Positions 43,801-58,100 of a DNA stretch of 64,000 bases are shown piece after piece. Under the pieces are notes generated by a model. That model was not told where the DNA came from and did not search any database. It saw only the letters and a program-made list of their open reading frames with translations. The DNA lies in assembly GCA_964057225.1 (NCBI GenBank), contig OZ059894.1, positions 21,638,001-21,702,000 of the forward strand, in the 5' to 3' direction. Numbering within the stretch: position 1 is the first letter of the stretch; every line of letters begins with the position of its first letter. The DNA is from Auanema rhodensis. Taxonomy: Eukaryota > Animalia > Nematoda. A program made the position numbers and the translations under genes.

Positions 43801-45225
43801 ATCGTCTTTGCCTTAAAAAAAGGAATCTAAAAACATCTACTTTTTGCTAAATTATTTTGAAATTTTTCGAAAAAATTTTTGTCAAAATGTTTTTGGAAGC
43901 AATGTTGAGTGTACATGGAAACTCAACATACACTAATGCATCATTTTTCAAACGATCATAACTAATTTTTGTATCAAACGTTTCTCAATGTAGTATAGTG
44001 CATTCGATGCGGATTTTTAAGCTGCGTCGATCTGTGTTATCAGATTTGCGCTAGCTTAAAAATGCACCGAGATATCAACTGATATAAGTTCACACTTATA
44101 TCCTCGATTTTCACCCTGAAGAATTAATTTTTTCGTTGAATAACATTGTCCATCGTCTTTGCCTTAAAAAAAGGAATCTAAAAACATCTACTTTTTGCTA
44201 AATTATTTTGAAATTTTTCGAAAAAATTTTTGTCAAAATGTTTTTGGAAGCAATGTTGAGTGTACATGGAAACTCAACATACACTAATGCATCATTTTTC
44301 AAACGATCATAACTAATTTTTGTATCAAACGTTTCTCAATGTAGTATAGTGCATTCGATGCGGATTTTTAAGCTGCGTCGATCTGTGTTATCAGATTTGC
44401 GCTAGCTTAAAAATGCACCGAGATATCAACTGATATAAGTTCACACTTATATCCTCGATTTTCACCCTGAAGAATTAATTTTTTCGTTGAATAACATTGT
44501 CCATCGTCTTTGCCTTGGAAAAAGGAATCTAAAAACATCTACTTTTTGCTGAATTATTCTGAAATTTTTCGAAAAAATTTTTGTCAAAATGTTTTTGGAA
44601 GCAATGTTGAGTGTACATGGAAACTCAACATACACTAATGCATCATTTTTCAAACGATCATAACTAATTTTTGTATCAAACGTTTTTCAATGTAGTATAG
44701 TGCATTCGATGCGGATTTTTAAGCTGCGTCGATCTGTGTTATCAGATTTGCGCTAGCTTAAAAATGCACCGAGATATCAACTGATATAAGTTCACACTTA
44801 TATCCTCGATTTTCACCCTGAAGAATTAATTTTTTCGTTGAATAACATTGTCCATCGTCTTTGCCTTGAAAAAAGGAATCTAGAAACATCTACTTTTTGC
44901 TGAATTATTTTGAAATTTTTCGAAAAAATTTTTGTCAAAATGTTTTTGGAAGCAATGTTGAGTGTACATGGAAACTCAACACACACTAATGCATCATTTT
45001 TCAAACGATCATAACTAATTTGTGTATTAAGCGTTTCTCAATGTAGTATAGTGCATTCGATGCGGATTTTTAAGCTGCGTCGATCTGTGTTATCAGATTT
45101 GCGCTAGCTTAAAAATGCACCGAGATATCAACTGATATAAGTTTACACTTATATCCTCGATTTTCACCCTGAAGAATTAATTTTTTCGTTGAATAACATT
45201 GTCCATCGTCTTTGCCTTGAAAAAT

Positions 45226-45305
45226 GGAATCTAAAAACATTTTGACAAAAATTTTTTCGAAAAATTTCAAAATAATTCAGCAAAAAGTAGATGTTTTTAG
45301 ATTCC
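45226..45305. other. Orientation-switch junction: 8-bp microhomology AAAAACAT (45233-45240), 50-bp spacer (45241-45290), ATGTTTTT (45291-45298)
   Basis: A forward monomer reads GGAATCT-AAAAACAT-CTACTT and a reverse monomer reads GCTTCC-AAAAACAT-TTTGAC. The junction reads GGAATCT-AAAAACAT-TTTGAC with no inserted bases. Confidence 0.97.
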
Positions 45306-45359
45306 TTTTTTTAAGGCAAAGACGATGGACAATGTTATTCAACGAAAAAATTAATTCTT

Positions 45360-48300
45360 CAGGGTGAAAATCGAGGATATAAGTGTGAACTTATATCAGT
45401 TGATATCTCGGTGCATTTTTAAGCTAGCGCAAATCTGATAACACAGATCGACGCAGCTTAAAAATCCGCATCGAATGCACTATACTACATTGAGAAACGC
45501 TTAATACAAAAATTAGTTATGATCGTTTGAAAAATGATGCATTAGTGTATGTTGAGTTTCCATGTACACTCAACATTGCTTCCAAAAACATTTTGACAAA
45601 AATTTTTTCGAAAAATTTCAAAATAATTTAGCAAAAAGTAGATGTTTTTAGATTCCATTTTTCAAGGCAAAGACGATAGACAATGTTATTCAACGAAAAA
45701 ATTAATTCTTCAGGGTGAAAATCGAGGATATAAGTGTGAACTTGTATCAGTTGATATCTCGGTGCATTTTTAAGCTAGCGCAAATCTGATAACACAGATC
45801 GACGCAGCTTAAAAATCCGCATCGAATGCACTATACTACATTGAGAAACGCTTAATACAAAAATTAGTTATGATCGTTTGAAAAATGATGCATTAGTGTA
45901 TGTTGAGTTTCCATGTACACTCAACATTGCTTCCAAAAACATTTTGACAAAAATTTTTTCGAAAAATTTCAAAATAATTTAGCAAAAAGTAGATGTTTTT
46001 AGATTTCATTTTTCAAGGCAAGGACGATGGACAATGTTATTCAACGAAAAAAATAATTCTTCAGGGTGAAAATCGAGGATATAAGTGTGAACTTGTATCA
46101 GTTGATATCTCGGTGCATTTTTAAGCTAGCGCAAATCTGATAACACTGATCGACGCAGCTTAAAAATCCGCATCGAATGCACTATACTACATTGAGAAAC
46201 GCTTAATACAAAAATTAGTTATGATCGTTTGAAAAATGATGCATTAGTGTATGTTGAGTTTCCATGTACACTCAACATTGCTTCCAAAAACATTTAGACA
46301 AAAATTTTTTCGAAAAATTTCAAAATAATTTAGCAAAAAGTAGATGTTTTTAGATTCCATTTTTCAAGGCAAAGACGATAGACAATGTTATTCAACGAAA
46401 AAATTAATTCTTCAGGGTGAAAATCGAGGATATAAGTGTGAACTTGTATCAGTTGATATCTCGGTGCATTTTTAAGCTAGCGCAAATCTGATAACACAGA
46501 TCGACGCAGCTTAAAAATCCGCATCGAATGCACTATACTACATTGAGAAACGCTTAATACAAAAATTAGTTTTGATCGTTTGAAAAATGATGCATTAGTG
46601 TATGTTGAGTTTCCATGTACACTCAACATTGCTTCCAAAAACATTTTGACAAAAATTTTTTCGAAAAATTTCAAAATAATTCAGCAAAAAGTAGATGTTT
46701 TTAGATTCCTTTTTTTAAGGCAAAGACGATGGACAATGTTATTCAACGAAAAAATTAATTCTTCAGGGTGAAAATCGAGGATATAAGTGTGAACTTATAT
46801 CAGTTGATATCTCGGTGCATTTTTAAGCTAGCGCAAATCTGATAACACAGATCGACGCAGCTTAAAAATCCGCATCGAATGCACTATACTACATTGAGAA
46901 ACGCTTGATAAAAAAATTAGTTATGTTCGTTTGAAAAATGATGCATTAGTGTATGTTGAGTTTCCATGTACACTCAACATTGCTTCCAAAAACATTTTGA
47001 CAAAAATTTTTTCGAAAAATTTCAAAATAATTTAGCAAAAAGTAGATGTTTTTAGATTCCTTTTTTTAAGGCAAAGACGATGGACAATGTTATTCAACGA
47101 AAAAATTAATTCTTCAGGGTGAAAATCGAGGATATAAGTGTGAACTTATATCAGTTGATATCTCGGTGCATTTTTAAGCTAGCGCAAATCTGATAACACA
47201 GATCGACGCAGCTTGAAAATCCGCATCGAATGCACTATACTACATCAACAAACGCTTGATACAAAAATTAGTTATGATCGTTTGAAAAATGATGCATTAG
47301 TGTATGTTGAGTTTCCATGTACACTCAACATTGCTTCCAAAAACATTTTGACAAAAATTTTTTCGAAAAATTTCAAAATAATTTAGCAAAAAGTAGATGT
47401 TTTTAGATTCCATTTTTCAAGGCAAAGACGATAGACAATGTTATTCAACGAAAAAATTAATTCTTCAGGGTGAAAATCGAGGATATAAGTGTGAACTTAT
47501 ATCAGTTGATATCTCGGTGCATTTTTAAGCTAGCGCAAATCGGATAACACAGATCGACGCAGCTTAAAAATCCGCATCGAATGCACTATACTACATTGAG
47601 AAACGCTTAATACAAAAATTAGTTATGATCGTTTGAAAAATGATGCATTAGTGTATGTTGAGTTTCCATGTACACTCAACATTGCTTCCAAAAACATTTT
47701 GACAAAAATTTTTTCGAAAAATTTCAAAATAATTCAGCAAAAAGTAGATGTTTCTAGATTCCTTTTTTCAAGGCAAAGACGATGGACAATGTTATTCAAC
47801 GAAAAAATTAATTCTTCAGGGTGAAAATCGAGGATATAAGTGTGAACTTATATCAGTTGATATCTCGGTGCATTTTTAAGCTAGCGCAAATCTGATAACA
47901 CAGATCGACGCAGCTTAAAAATCCGCATCGAATGCACTATACTACATTGAGAAACGTTTGATACAAAAATTAGTTATGATCGTTTGAAAAATGATGCATT
48001 AGTGTATGTTGAGTTTCCATGTACACTCAACATTGCTTCCAAAAACATTTTGACAAAAATTTTTTCGAAAAATTTCAAAATAATTCAGCAAAAAGTAGAT
48101 GTTTTTAGATTCCTTTTTTCAAGGCAAAGACGATGGACATTGTTATTCAACGAAAAAATTAATTCTTCAGGGTGAAAATCGAGGATATAAGTGTGAACTT
48201 ATATCAGTTGATATCTCGGTGCATTTTTAAGCTAGCGCAAATCTGATAACACAGATCGACGCAGCTTAAAAATCCGCATCGAATGCACTATACTACATTG

Positions 48301-51240
48301 AGAAACGCTTGATACAAAAATTAGTTATGATCGTTTGAAAAATGATGCATTAGTGTATGTTGAGTTTCCATGTACACTCAACATTGCTTCCAAAAACATT
48401 TTGACAAAACTTTTTTCGAAAAATTTCAAAATAATTTAGCAAAAAGTAAATGTTTTTAGATTTCATTTTTCAAGGCAAGGACGATGGACAATGTTATTCA
48501 ACGAAAAAAATAATTCTTCAGGGTGAAAATCGAGGATATAAGTGTGAACTTATATCAGTTGATATCTCGGTGCATTTTTAAGCTAGCGCAAATCTGATAA
48601 CACAGATCGACGCAGCTTAAAAATCCGCATCGAATGCACTATACTACATTGAGAAACGCTTAATACAAAAATTAGTTATGATCGTTTGAAAAATGATGCA
48701 TTAGTGTATGTTGAGTTTCCATGTACACTCAACATTGCTTCCAAAAACATTTTGACAAAAATTTTTTCGAAAAATTTCAAAATAATTTAGCAAAAAGTAG
48801 ATGTTTTTAGATTCCATTTTTCAAGGCAAAGACGATAGACAATGTTATTCAACGAAAAAATTAATTCTTCAGGGTGAAAATCGAGGATATAAGTGTGAAC
48901 TTGTATCAGTTGATATCTCGGTGCATTTTTAAGCTAGCGCAAATCTGATAACACAGATCGACGCAGCTTAAAAATCCGCATCGAATGCACTATACTACAT
49001 TGAGAAACGCTTAATACAAAAATTAGTTATGATCGTTTGAAAAATGATGCATTAGTGTATGTTGAGTTTCCATGTACACTCAACATTGCTTCCAAAAACA
49101 TTTTGACAAAAATTTTTTCGAAAAATTTCAAAATAATTTAGCAAAAAGTAGATGTTTTTAGATTTCATTTTTCAAGGCAAGGACGATGGACAATGTTATT
49201 CAACGAAAAAAATAATTCTTCAGGGTGAAAATCGAGGATATAAGTGTGAACTTGTATCAGTTGATATCTCGGTGCATTTTTAAGCTAGCGCAAATCTGAT
49301 AACACAGATCGACGCAGCTTAAAAATCCGCATCGAATGCACTATACTACATTGAGAAACGCTTAATACAAAAATTAGTTATGATCGTTTGAAAAATGATG
49401 CATTAGTGTATGTTGAGTTTCCATGTACACTCAACATTGCTTCCAAAAACATTTAGACAAAAATTTTTTCGAAAAATTTCAAAATAATTTAGCAAAAAGT
49501 AGATGTTTTTAGATTCCATTTTTCAAGGCAAAGACGATAGACAATGTTATTCAACGAAAAAATTAATTCTTCAGGGTGAAAATCGAGGATATAAGTGTGA
49601 ACTTGTATCAGTTGATATCTCGGTGCATTTTTAAGCTAGCGCAAATCTGATAACACAGATCGACGCAGCTTAAAAATCCGCATCGAATGCACTATACTAC
49701 ATTGAGAAACGCTTAATACAAAAATTAGTTTTGATCGTTTGAAAAATGATGCATTAGTGTATGTTGAGTTTCCATGTACACTCAACATTGCTTCCAAAAA
49801 CATTTTGACAAAAATTTTTTCGAAAAATTTCAAAATAATTCAGCAAAAAGTAGATGTTTTTAGATTCCTTTTTTTAAGGCAAAGACGATGGACAATGTTA
49901 TTCAACGAAAAAATTAATTCTTCAGGGTGAAAATCGAGGATATAAGTGTGAACTTATATCAGTTGATATCTCGGTGCATTTTTAAGCTAGCGCAAATCTG
50001 ATAACACAGATCGACGCAGCTTAAAAATCCGCATCGAATGCACTATACTACATTGAGAAACGCTTGATAAAAAAATTAGTTATGTTCGTTTGAAAAATGA
50101 TGCATTAGTGTATGTTGAGTTTCCATGTACACTCAACATTGCTTCCAAAAACATTTTGACAAAAATTTTTTCGAAAAATTTCAAAATAATTTAGCAAAAA
50201 GTAGATGTTTTTAGATTCCTTTTTTTAAGGCAAAGACGATGGACAATGTTATTCAACGAAAAAATTAATTCTTCAGGGTGAAAATCGAGGATATAAGTGT
50301 GAACTTATATCAGTTGATATCTCGGTGCATTTTTAAGCTAGCGCAAATCTGATAACACAGATCGACGCAGCTTGAAAATCCGCATCGAATGCACTATACT
50401 ACATCAACAAACGCTTGATACAAAAATTAGTTATGATCGTTTGAAAAATGATGCATTAGTGTATGTTGAGTTTCCATGTACACTCAACATTGCTTCCAAA
50501 AACATTTTGACAAAAATTTTTTCGAAAAATTTCAAAATAATTTAGCAAAAAGTAGATGTTTTTAGATTCCATTTTTCAAGGCAAAGACGATAGACAATGT
50601 TATTCAACGAAAAAATTAATTCTTCAGGGTGAAAATCGAGGATATAAGTGTGAACTTATATCAGTTGATATCTCGGTGCATTTTTAAGCTAGCGCAAATC
50701 GGATAACACAGATCGACGCAGCTTAAAAATCCGCATCGAATGCACTATACTACATTGAGAAACGCTTAATACAAAAATTAGTTATGATCGTTTGAAAAAT
50801 GATGCATTAGTGTATGTTGAGTTTCCATGTACACTCAACATTGCTTCAAAAACATTTTGACAAAAATTTTTTCGAAAAATTTCAAAATAATTCAGCAAAA
50901 AGTAGATGTTTCTAGATTCCTTTTTTCAAGGCAAAGACGATGGACAATGTTATTCAACGAAAAAATTAATTCTTCAGGGTGAAAATCGAGGATATAAGTG
51001 TGAACTTATATCAGTTGATATCTCGGTGCATTTTTAAGCTAGCGCAAATCTGATAACACAGATCGACGCAGCTTAAAAATCCGCATCGAATGCACTATAC
51101 TACATTGAGAAACGTTTGATACAAAAATTAGTTATGATCGTTTGAAAAATGATGCATTAGTGTATGTTGAGTTTCCATGTACACTCAACATTGCTTCCAA
51201 AAACATTTTGACAAAAATTTTTTCGAAAAATTTCAAAATA
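45360..51240 (-). repeat. ~8-monomer block repeated at 9-monomer (3159-bp) offset
   Basis: Marker pairs: CATTTAGAC 46296/49455, GCTTGAAAAT 47215/50374, ACATCAACA 47249/50408, AATCGGATA 47542/50701. ORF pairs are 46477/49636 and 46580/49739. Confidence 0.88.
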
Positions 51241-54200
51241 ATTTAGCAAAAAGTAGATGTTTTTAGATTCCTTTTTTTGAGGCAAAGACGATGGACAATG
51301 TTATTCAACGAAAAAATTAATTCTTCAGGGTGAAAATCGAGGATATAAGTGTGAACTTATATCAGTTGATATCTCGGTGCATTTTTAAGCTAGCGCAAAT
51401 CTGATAACACAGATCGACGCAGCTTAAAAATCCGCATCGAATGCCTTATACTACATTGAGAAACGCTTAATACAAAAATTAGTTTTGATCGTTTGAAAAA
51501 TGATGCATTAGTGTATGTTGAGTTTCCATGTACACTCAACATTGCTTCCAAAAACATTTTGACAAAAATTTTTTCGAAAAATTTCAAAATAATTTAGCAA
51601 AAAGTAGATGTTTTTAGATTCCTTTTTTTAAGGCAAAGACGATGGACAATGTTATTCAACGAAAAAATTAATTCTTCAGGGTGAAAATCGAGGATATAAG
51701 TGTGAACTTACATCAGTTGATATCTCGGTGCATTTTTAAGCTAGCGCAAATCTGATAACACAGATCGACGCAGCTTAAAAATCCGCATCGAATGCCTTAT
51801 ACTACATTGAGAAACGCTTAATACAAAAATTAGTTTTGATCGTTTGAAAAATGATGCATTAGTGTATGTTGAGTTTCCATGTACACTCAACATTGCTTCC
51901 AAAAACATTTTGACAAAAATTTTTTCGAAAAATTTCAAAATAATTTAGCAAAAAGTAGATGTTTTTAGATTCCTTTTTTTGAGGCAAAGACGATGGACAA
52001 TGTTATTCAACGAAAAAATTAATTCTTCAGGGTGAAAATCGAGGATATAAGTGTGAACTTATATCAGTTGATATCTCGGTGCATTTTTAAGCTAGCGCAA
52101 ATCTGATAACACAGATCGACGCAGCTTAAAAATCCGCATCGAATGCACTATACTACATCAAGAAACGCTTGATACAAAAATTAGTTATGATCGTTTGAAA
52201 AATGATGCATTAGTGTATGTTGAGTTTCCATGTACACTCAACATTGCTTCCAAAAACATTTTGACAAAAATTTTTTCGAAAAATTTCAAAATAATTTAGC
52301 AAAAAGTAGATGTTTTTAGATTCCTTTTTTTAAGGCAAAGACGATGGACAATGTTATTCAACGAAAAAATTAATTCTTCAGGGTGAAAATCGAGGATATA
52401 AGTGTGAACTTACATCAGTTGATATCTCGGTGCATTTTTAAGCTAGCGCAAATCTGATAACACAGATCGACGCAGCTTAAAAATCCGCATCGAATGCCTT
52501 ATACTACATTGAGAAACGCTTAATACAAAAATTAGTTTTGATCGTTTGAAAAATGATGCATTAGTGTATGTTGAGTTTCCATGTACACTCAATATTGCTT
52601 CCAAAAACATTTTGACAAAAATTTTTTCGAAAAATTTCAAAATAATTTAGCAAAAAGTAGATGTTTTTAGATTCCTGTTTTTGAGGCAAAGACGATGGAC
52701 AATGTTATTCAACGAAAAAATTAATTCTTCAGGGTGAAAATCGAGGATATAAGTGTGAACTTATATCAGTTGATATCTCGGTGCATTTTTAAGCTAGCGC
52801 AAATTTGATAACACAGATCGACGCAGCTTAAAAATCCGCATCGAATGCACTATACTACATTGAGAAACGCTTGATAAAAAAATTAGTTATGTTCGTTTGA
52901 AAAATGATGCATTAGTGTATGTTGAGTTTCCATGTACACTCAACATTGCTTCCAAAAACATTTTGACAAAAATTTTTTCGAAAAATTTCAAAATAATTTA
53001 GCAAAAAGTAGATGTTTTTAGATTCCTTTTTTCAAGGCAAAGACGATGGACAATGTTATTCAACGAAAAAATTAATTCTTCAGGGTGAAAATCGAGGATA
53101 TAAGTGTGAACTTATATCAGTTGATATCTCGGTGCATTTTTAAGCTAGCGCAAATCTGATAACACAGATCGACGCAGCTTAAAAATCCGCATCGAATGCA
53201 CTATACTACATCAAGAAACGCTTGATACAAAAATTAGTTATGATCGTTTGAAAAATGATGCATTAGTGTATGTTGAGTTTCCATGTACACTCAACATTGC
53301 TTCCAAAAACATTTTGACAAAAATTTTTTCGAAAAATTTCAAAATAATTTAGCAAAAAGTAGATGTTTTTAGATTCCATTTTTCAAGGCAAAGACGATAG
53401 ACAATGTTATTCAACGAAAAAATTAATTCTTCAGGGTGAAAATCGAGGATATAAGTGTGAACTTATATCAGTTGATATCTCGGTGCATTTTTAAGCTAGC
53501 GCAAATCTGATAACACAGATCGACGCAGCTTAAAAATCCGCATCGAATGCCTTATACTACATTGAGAAACGCTTAATACAAAAATTAGTTATGATCGTTT
53601 GAAAAATGATGCATTAGTGTATGTTGAGTTTCCATGTACACTCAACATTGCTTCCAAAAACATTTTGACAAAAATTTTTTCGAAAAATTTCAAAATAATT
53701 TAGCAAAAAGTAGATGTTTTTAGATTCCTGTTTTTAAGGCAAAGACGATGGACAATGTTATTCAACGAAAAAATTAATTCTTCAGGGTGAAAATCGAGGA
53801 TATAAGTGTGAACTTATATCAGTTGATATCTCGGTGCATTTTTAAGCTAGCGCAAATCTGATAACACAGATCGACGCAGCTTAAAAATCCGTATTGAATG
53901 CACTATACTACATTGAGAAACGTTTGATACAAAAATTAGTAATGATCGTTTGAAAAATGATGCATTAGTGTATGTTGAGTTTCCATGTACACTCAACATT
54001 GCTTCCAAAAACATTTTGACAAAAATTTTTTCGAAAAATTTCAAAATAATTTAGCAAAAAGTAGATGTTTTTAGATTCCTGTTTTTAAGGCAAAGACGAT
54101 GGACAATGTTATTCAACGAAAAAATTAATTCTTCAGGGTGAAAATCGAGGATATAAGTGTGAACTTATATCAGTTGATATCTCGGTGCATTTTTAAGCTA

Positions 54201-55199
54201 GCGCAAATTTGATAACACAGATCGACGCAGCTTAAAAATCCGCATCGAATGCACTATACTACATTGAGAAACGCTTGATAAAAAAATTAGTTATGTTCGT
54301 TTGAAAAATGATGCATTAGTGTATGTTGAGTTTCCATGTACACTCAACATTGCTTCCAAAAACATTTTGACAAAAATTTTTTCGAAAAATTTCAAAATAA
54401 TTTAGCAAAAAGTAGATGTTTTTAGATTCCTTTTTTTAAGGCAAAGACGATGGACAATGTTATTCAACGAAAAAATTAATTCTTCAGGGTGAAAATCGAG
54501 GATATAAGTGTGAACTTATATCAGTTGATATCTCGGTGCATTTTTAAGCTAGCGCAAATCTGATAACACAGATCGACGCAGCTTAAAAATCCGCATCGAA
54601 TGCACTATACTACATCAAGAAACGCTTGATACAAAAATTAGTTATGATCGTTTGAAAAATGATGCATTAGTGTATGTTGAGTTTCCATGTACACTCAACA
54701 TTGCTTCCAAAAACATTTTGACAAAAATTTTTTCGAAAAATTTCAAAATAATTTAGCAAAAAGTAGATGTTTTTAGATTCCATTTTTCAAGGCAAAGACG
54801 ATAGACAATGTTATTCAACGAAAAAATTAATTCTTCAGGGTGAAAATCGAGGATATAAGTGTGAACTTATATCAGTTGATATCTCGGTGCATTTTTAAGC
54901 TAGCGCAAATCTGATAACACAGATCGACGCTGCTTAAAAATCCGCATCGAATGCACTATACTACATTGAGAAACGCTTGATACAAAAATTAGTTATGATC
55001 GTTTGAAAAATGATGCATTAGTGTATGTTGAGTTTCCATGTACACTCAACATTGCTTCCAAAAACATTTTGACAAAAATTTTTTCGAAAAATTTCAAAAT
55101 AATTTAGCAAAAAGTAGATGTTTTTAGATTCCTTTTTTTAAGGCAAAGACGATGGACAATGTTATTCAACGAAAAAATTAATTCTTCAGGGTGAAAATC

Positions 55200-58100
55200 G
55201 AGGATATAAGTGTGAACTTATATCAGTTGATATCTCGGTGCATTTTTAAGCTAGCGCAAATCTGATAACACAGATCGACGCAGCTTAAAAATCCGCATCG
55301 AATGCACTATACTACATCAAGAAACGCTTGATACAAAAATTAGTTATGATCGTTTGAAAAATGATGCATTAGTGTATGTTGAGTTTCCATGTACACTCAA
55401 CATTGCTTCCAAAAACATTTTGACAAAAATTTTTTCGAAAAATTTCAGAATAATTCAGCAAAAAGTAGATGTTTTTAGATTCCTTTTTCCAAGGCAAAGA
55501 CGATGGACAATGTTATTCAACGAAAAAATTAATTCTTCAGGGTGAAAATCGAGGATATAAGTGTGAACTTATATCAGTTGATATCTCGGTGCATTTTTAA
55601 GCTAGCGCAAATCTGATAACACAGATCGACGCAGCTTAAAAATCCGCATCGAATGCACTATACTACATTGAGAAACGTTTGATACAAAAATTAGTTATGA
55701 TCGTTTGAAAAATGATGCATTAGTGTATGTTGAGTTTCCATGTACACTCAACATTGCTTCCAAAAACATTTTGACAAAAATTTTTTCGAAAAATTTCAAA
55801 ATAATTTAGCTAAAAGTAGATGTTTTTAGATTTCTTTTTTTAAGGCAAAGACGATGGACAATGTTATTCAACGAAAAAATTAATTCTTCAGGGTGAAAAT
55901 CGAGGATATAAGTGTGAACTTATATCAGTTGATATCTCGGTGCATTTTTAAGCTAGCGCAAATCTGATAACACAGATCGACGCAGCTTAAAAATCCGCAT
56001 CGAATGCACTATACTACATTGAGAAACGCTTAATACACAAATTAGTTATGATCGTTTGAAAAATGATGCATTAGTGTATGTTGAGTTTCCATGTACACTC
56101 AACATTGCTTCCAAAAACATTTTGACAAAAATTTTTTCGAAAAATTTCAAAATAATTTAGCAAAAAGTAGATGTTTTTAGATTCCTTTTTTCAAGGCAAA
56201 GAAGATGGACAATGTTATTCAACGAAAAAATTAATTCTTCAGGGTGAAAATCGAGGATATAAGTGTGAACTTACATCAGTTGATATCTCGGTGCATTTTT
56301 AAGCTAGCGCAAATCTGATAACACAGATCGACGCAGCTTAAGAATCCGCATCGAATGCACTATACTACATTGAGAAACGCTTAATACAAAAATTAGTTTT
56401 GATCGTTTGAAAAATGATGCATTAGTGTATGTTGAGTTTCCATGTACACTCAACATTGCTTCCAAAAACATTTTGACAAAAATTTTTTCGAAAAATTTCA
56501 AAATAATTTAGCAAAAAGTAGATGTTTTTAGATTCCTGTTTTTAAGGCAAAGACGATGGACAATGTTATTCAACGAAAAAATTAATTCTTCAGGGTGAAA
56601 ATCGAGGATATAAGTGTGAACTTATATCAGTTGATATCTCGGTGCATTTTTAAGCTAGCGCAAATTTGATAACACAGATCGACGCAGCTTAAAAATCCGC
56701 ATCGAATGCACTATACTACATTGAGAAACGCTTGATAAAAAAATTAGTTATGTTCGTTTGAAAAATGATGCATTAGTGTATGTTGAGTTTCCATGTACAC
56801 TCAACATTGCTTCCAAAAACATTTTGACAAAAATTTTTTCGAAAAATTTCAAAATAATTTAGCAAAAAGTAGATGTTTTTAGATTCCTTTTTTTAAGGCA
56901 AAGACGATGGACAATGTTATTCAACGAAAAAATTAATTCTTCAGGGTGAAAATCGAGGATATAAGTGTGAACTTATATCAGTTGATATCTCGGTGCATTT
57001 TTAAGCTAGCGCAAATCTGATAACACAGATCGACGCAGCTTAAAAATCCGCATCGAATGCACTATACTACATCAAGAAACGCTTGATACAAAAATTAGTT
57101 ATGATCGTTTGAAAAATGATGCATTAGTGTATGTTGAGTTTCCATGTACACTCAACATTGCTTCCAAAAACATTTTGACAAAAATTTTTTCGAAAAATTT
57201 CAGAATAATTCAGCAAAAAGTAGATGTTTTTAGATTCCTTTTTCCAAGGCAAAGACGATGGACAATGTTATTCAACGAAAAAATTAATTCTTCAGGGTGA
57301 AAATCGAGGATATAAGTGTGAACTTATATCAGTTGATATCTCGGTGCATTTTTAAGCTAGCGCAAATCTGATAACACAGATCGACGCAGCGTAAAAATCC
57401 GCATCGAATGCACTATACTACATTGAGAAACGTTTGATACAAAAATTAGTTATGATCGTTTGAAAAATGATGCATTAGTGTATGTTGAGTTTCCATGTAC
57501 ACTCAACATTGCTTCCAAAAACATTTTGACAAAAATTTTTTCGAAAAATTTCAAAATAATTTAGCTAAAAGTAGATGTTTTTAGATTTCTTTTTTTAAGG
57601 CAAAGACGATGGACAATGTTATTCAACGAAAAAATTAATTCTTCAGGGTGAAAATCGAGGATATAAGTGTGAACTTATATCAGTTGATATCTCGGTGCAT
57701 TTTTAAGCTAGCGCAAATCTGATAACACAGATCGACGCAGCTTAAAAATCCGCATCGAATGCACTATACTACATTGAGAAACGCTTAATACACAAATTAG
57801 TTATGATCGTTTGAAAAATGATGCATTAGTGTATGTTGAGTTTCCATGTACACTCAACATTGCTTCCAAAAACATTTTGACAAAAATTTTTTCGAAAAAT
57901 TTCAAAATAATTTAGCAAAAAGTAGATGTTTTTAGATTCCTTTTTTTAAGGCAAAGACGATGGACAATGTTATTCAACGAAAAAATTAATTCTTCAGGGT
58001 GAAAATCGAGGATATAAGTGTGAACTTATATCAGTTGATATCTCGGTGCATTTTTAAGCTAGCGCAAATCTGATAACACAGATCGACGCAGCTTAAAAAT

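Larger units (their letters stand above)
1..45240 (+). repeat. 351-bp satellite DNA tandem array, forward-orientation arm (~129 monomers; continues beyond window start)
   Basis: TTTTGTCAAAATG recurs at 1, 352, 3511, 7021, 14041 (n*351+1). The register shifts by +1 after about 20650. ORF-track spacings are multiples of 351 (e.g. 21998 to 44813 = 65x351). Confidence 0.99.

Noticed and set aside
45233-45298. Junction as a simple fold-back sequencing chimera
   Set aside because: A chimera would mirror SNPs across the centre. Five mismatches occur within ~260 bp of the spacer, and each arm has private haplotypes. A misjoin of two loci cannot be excluded without reads.
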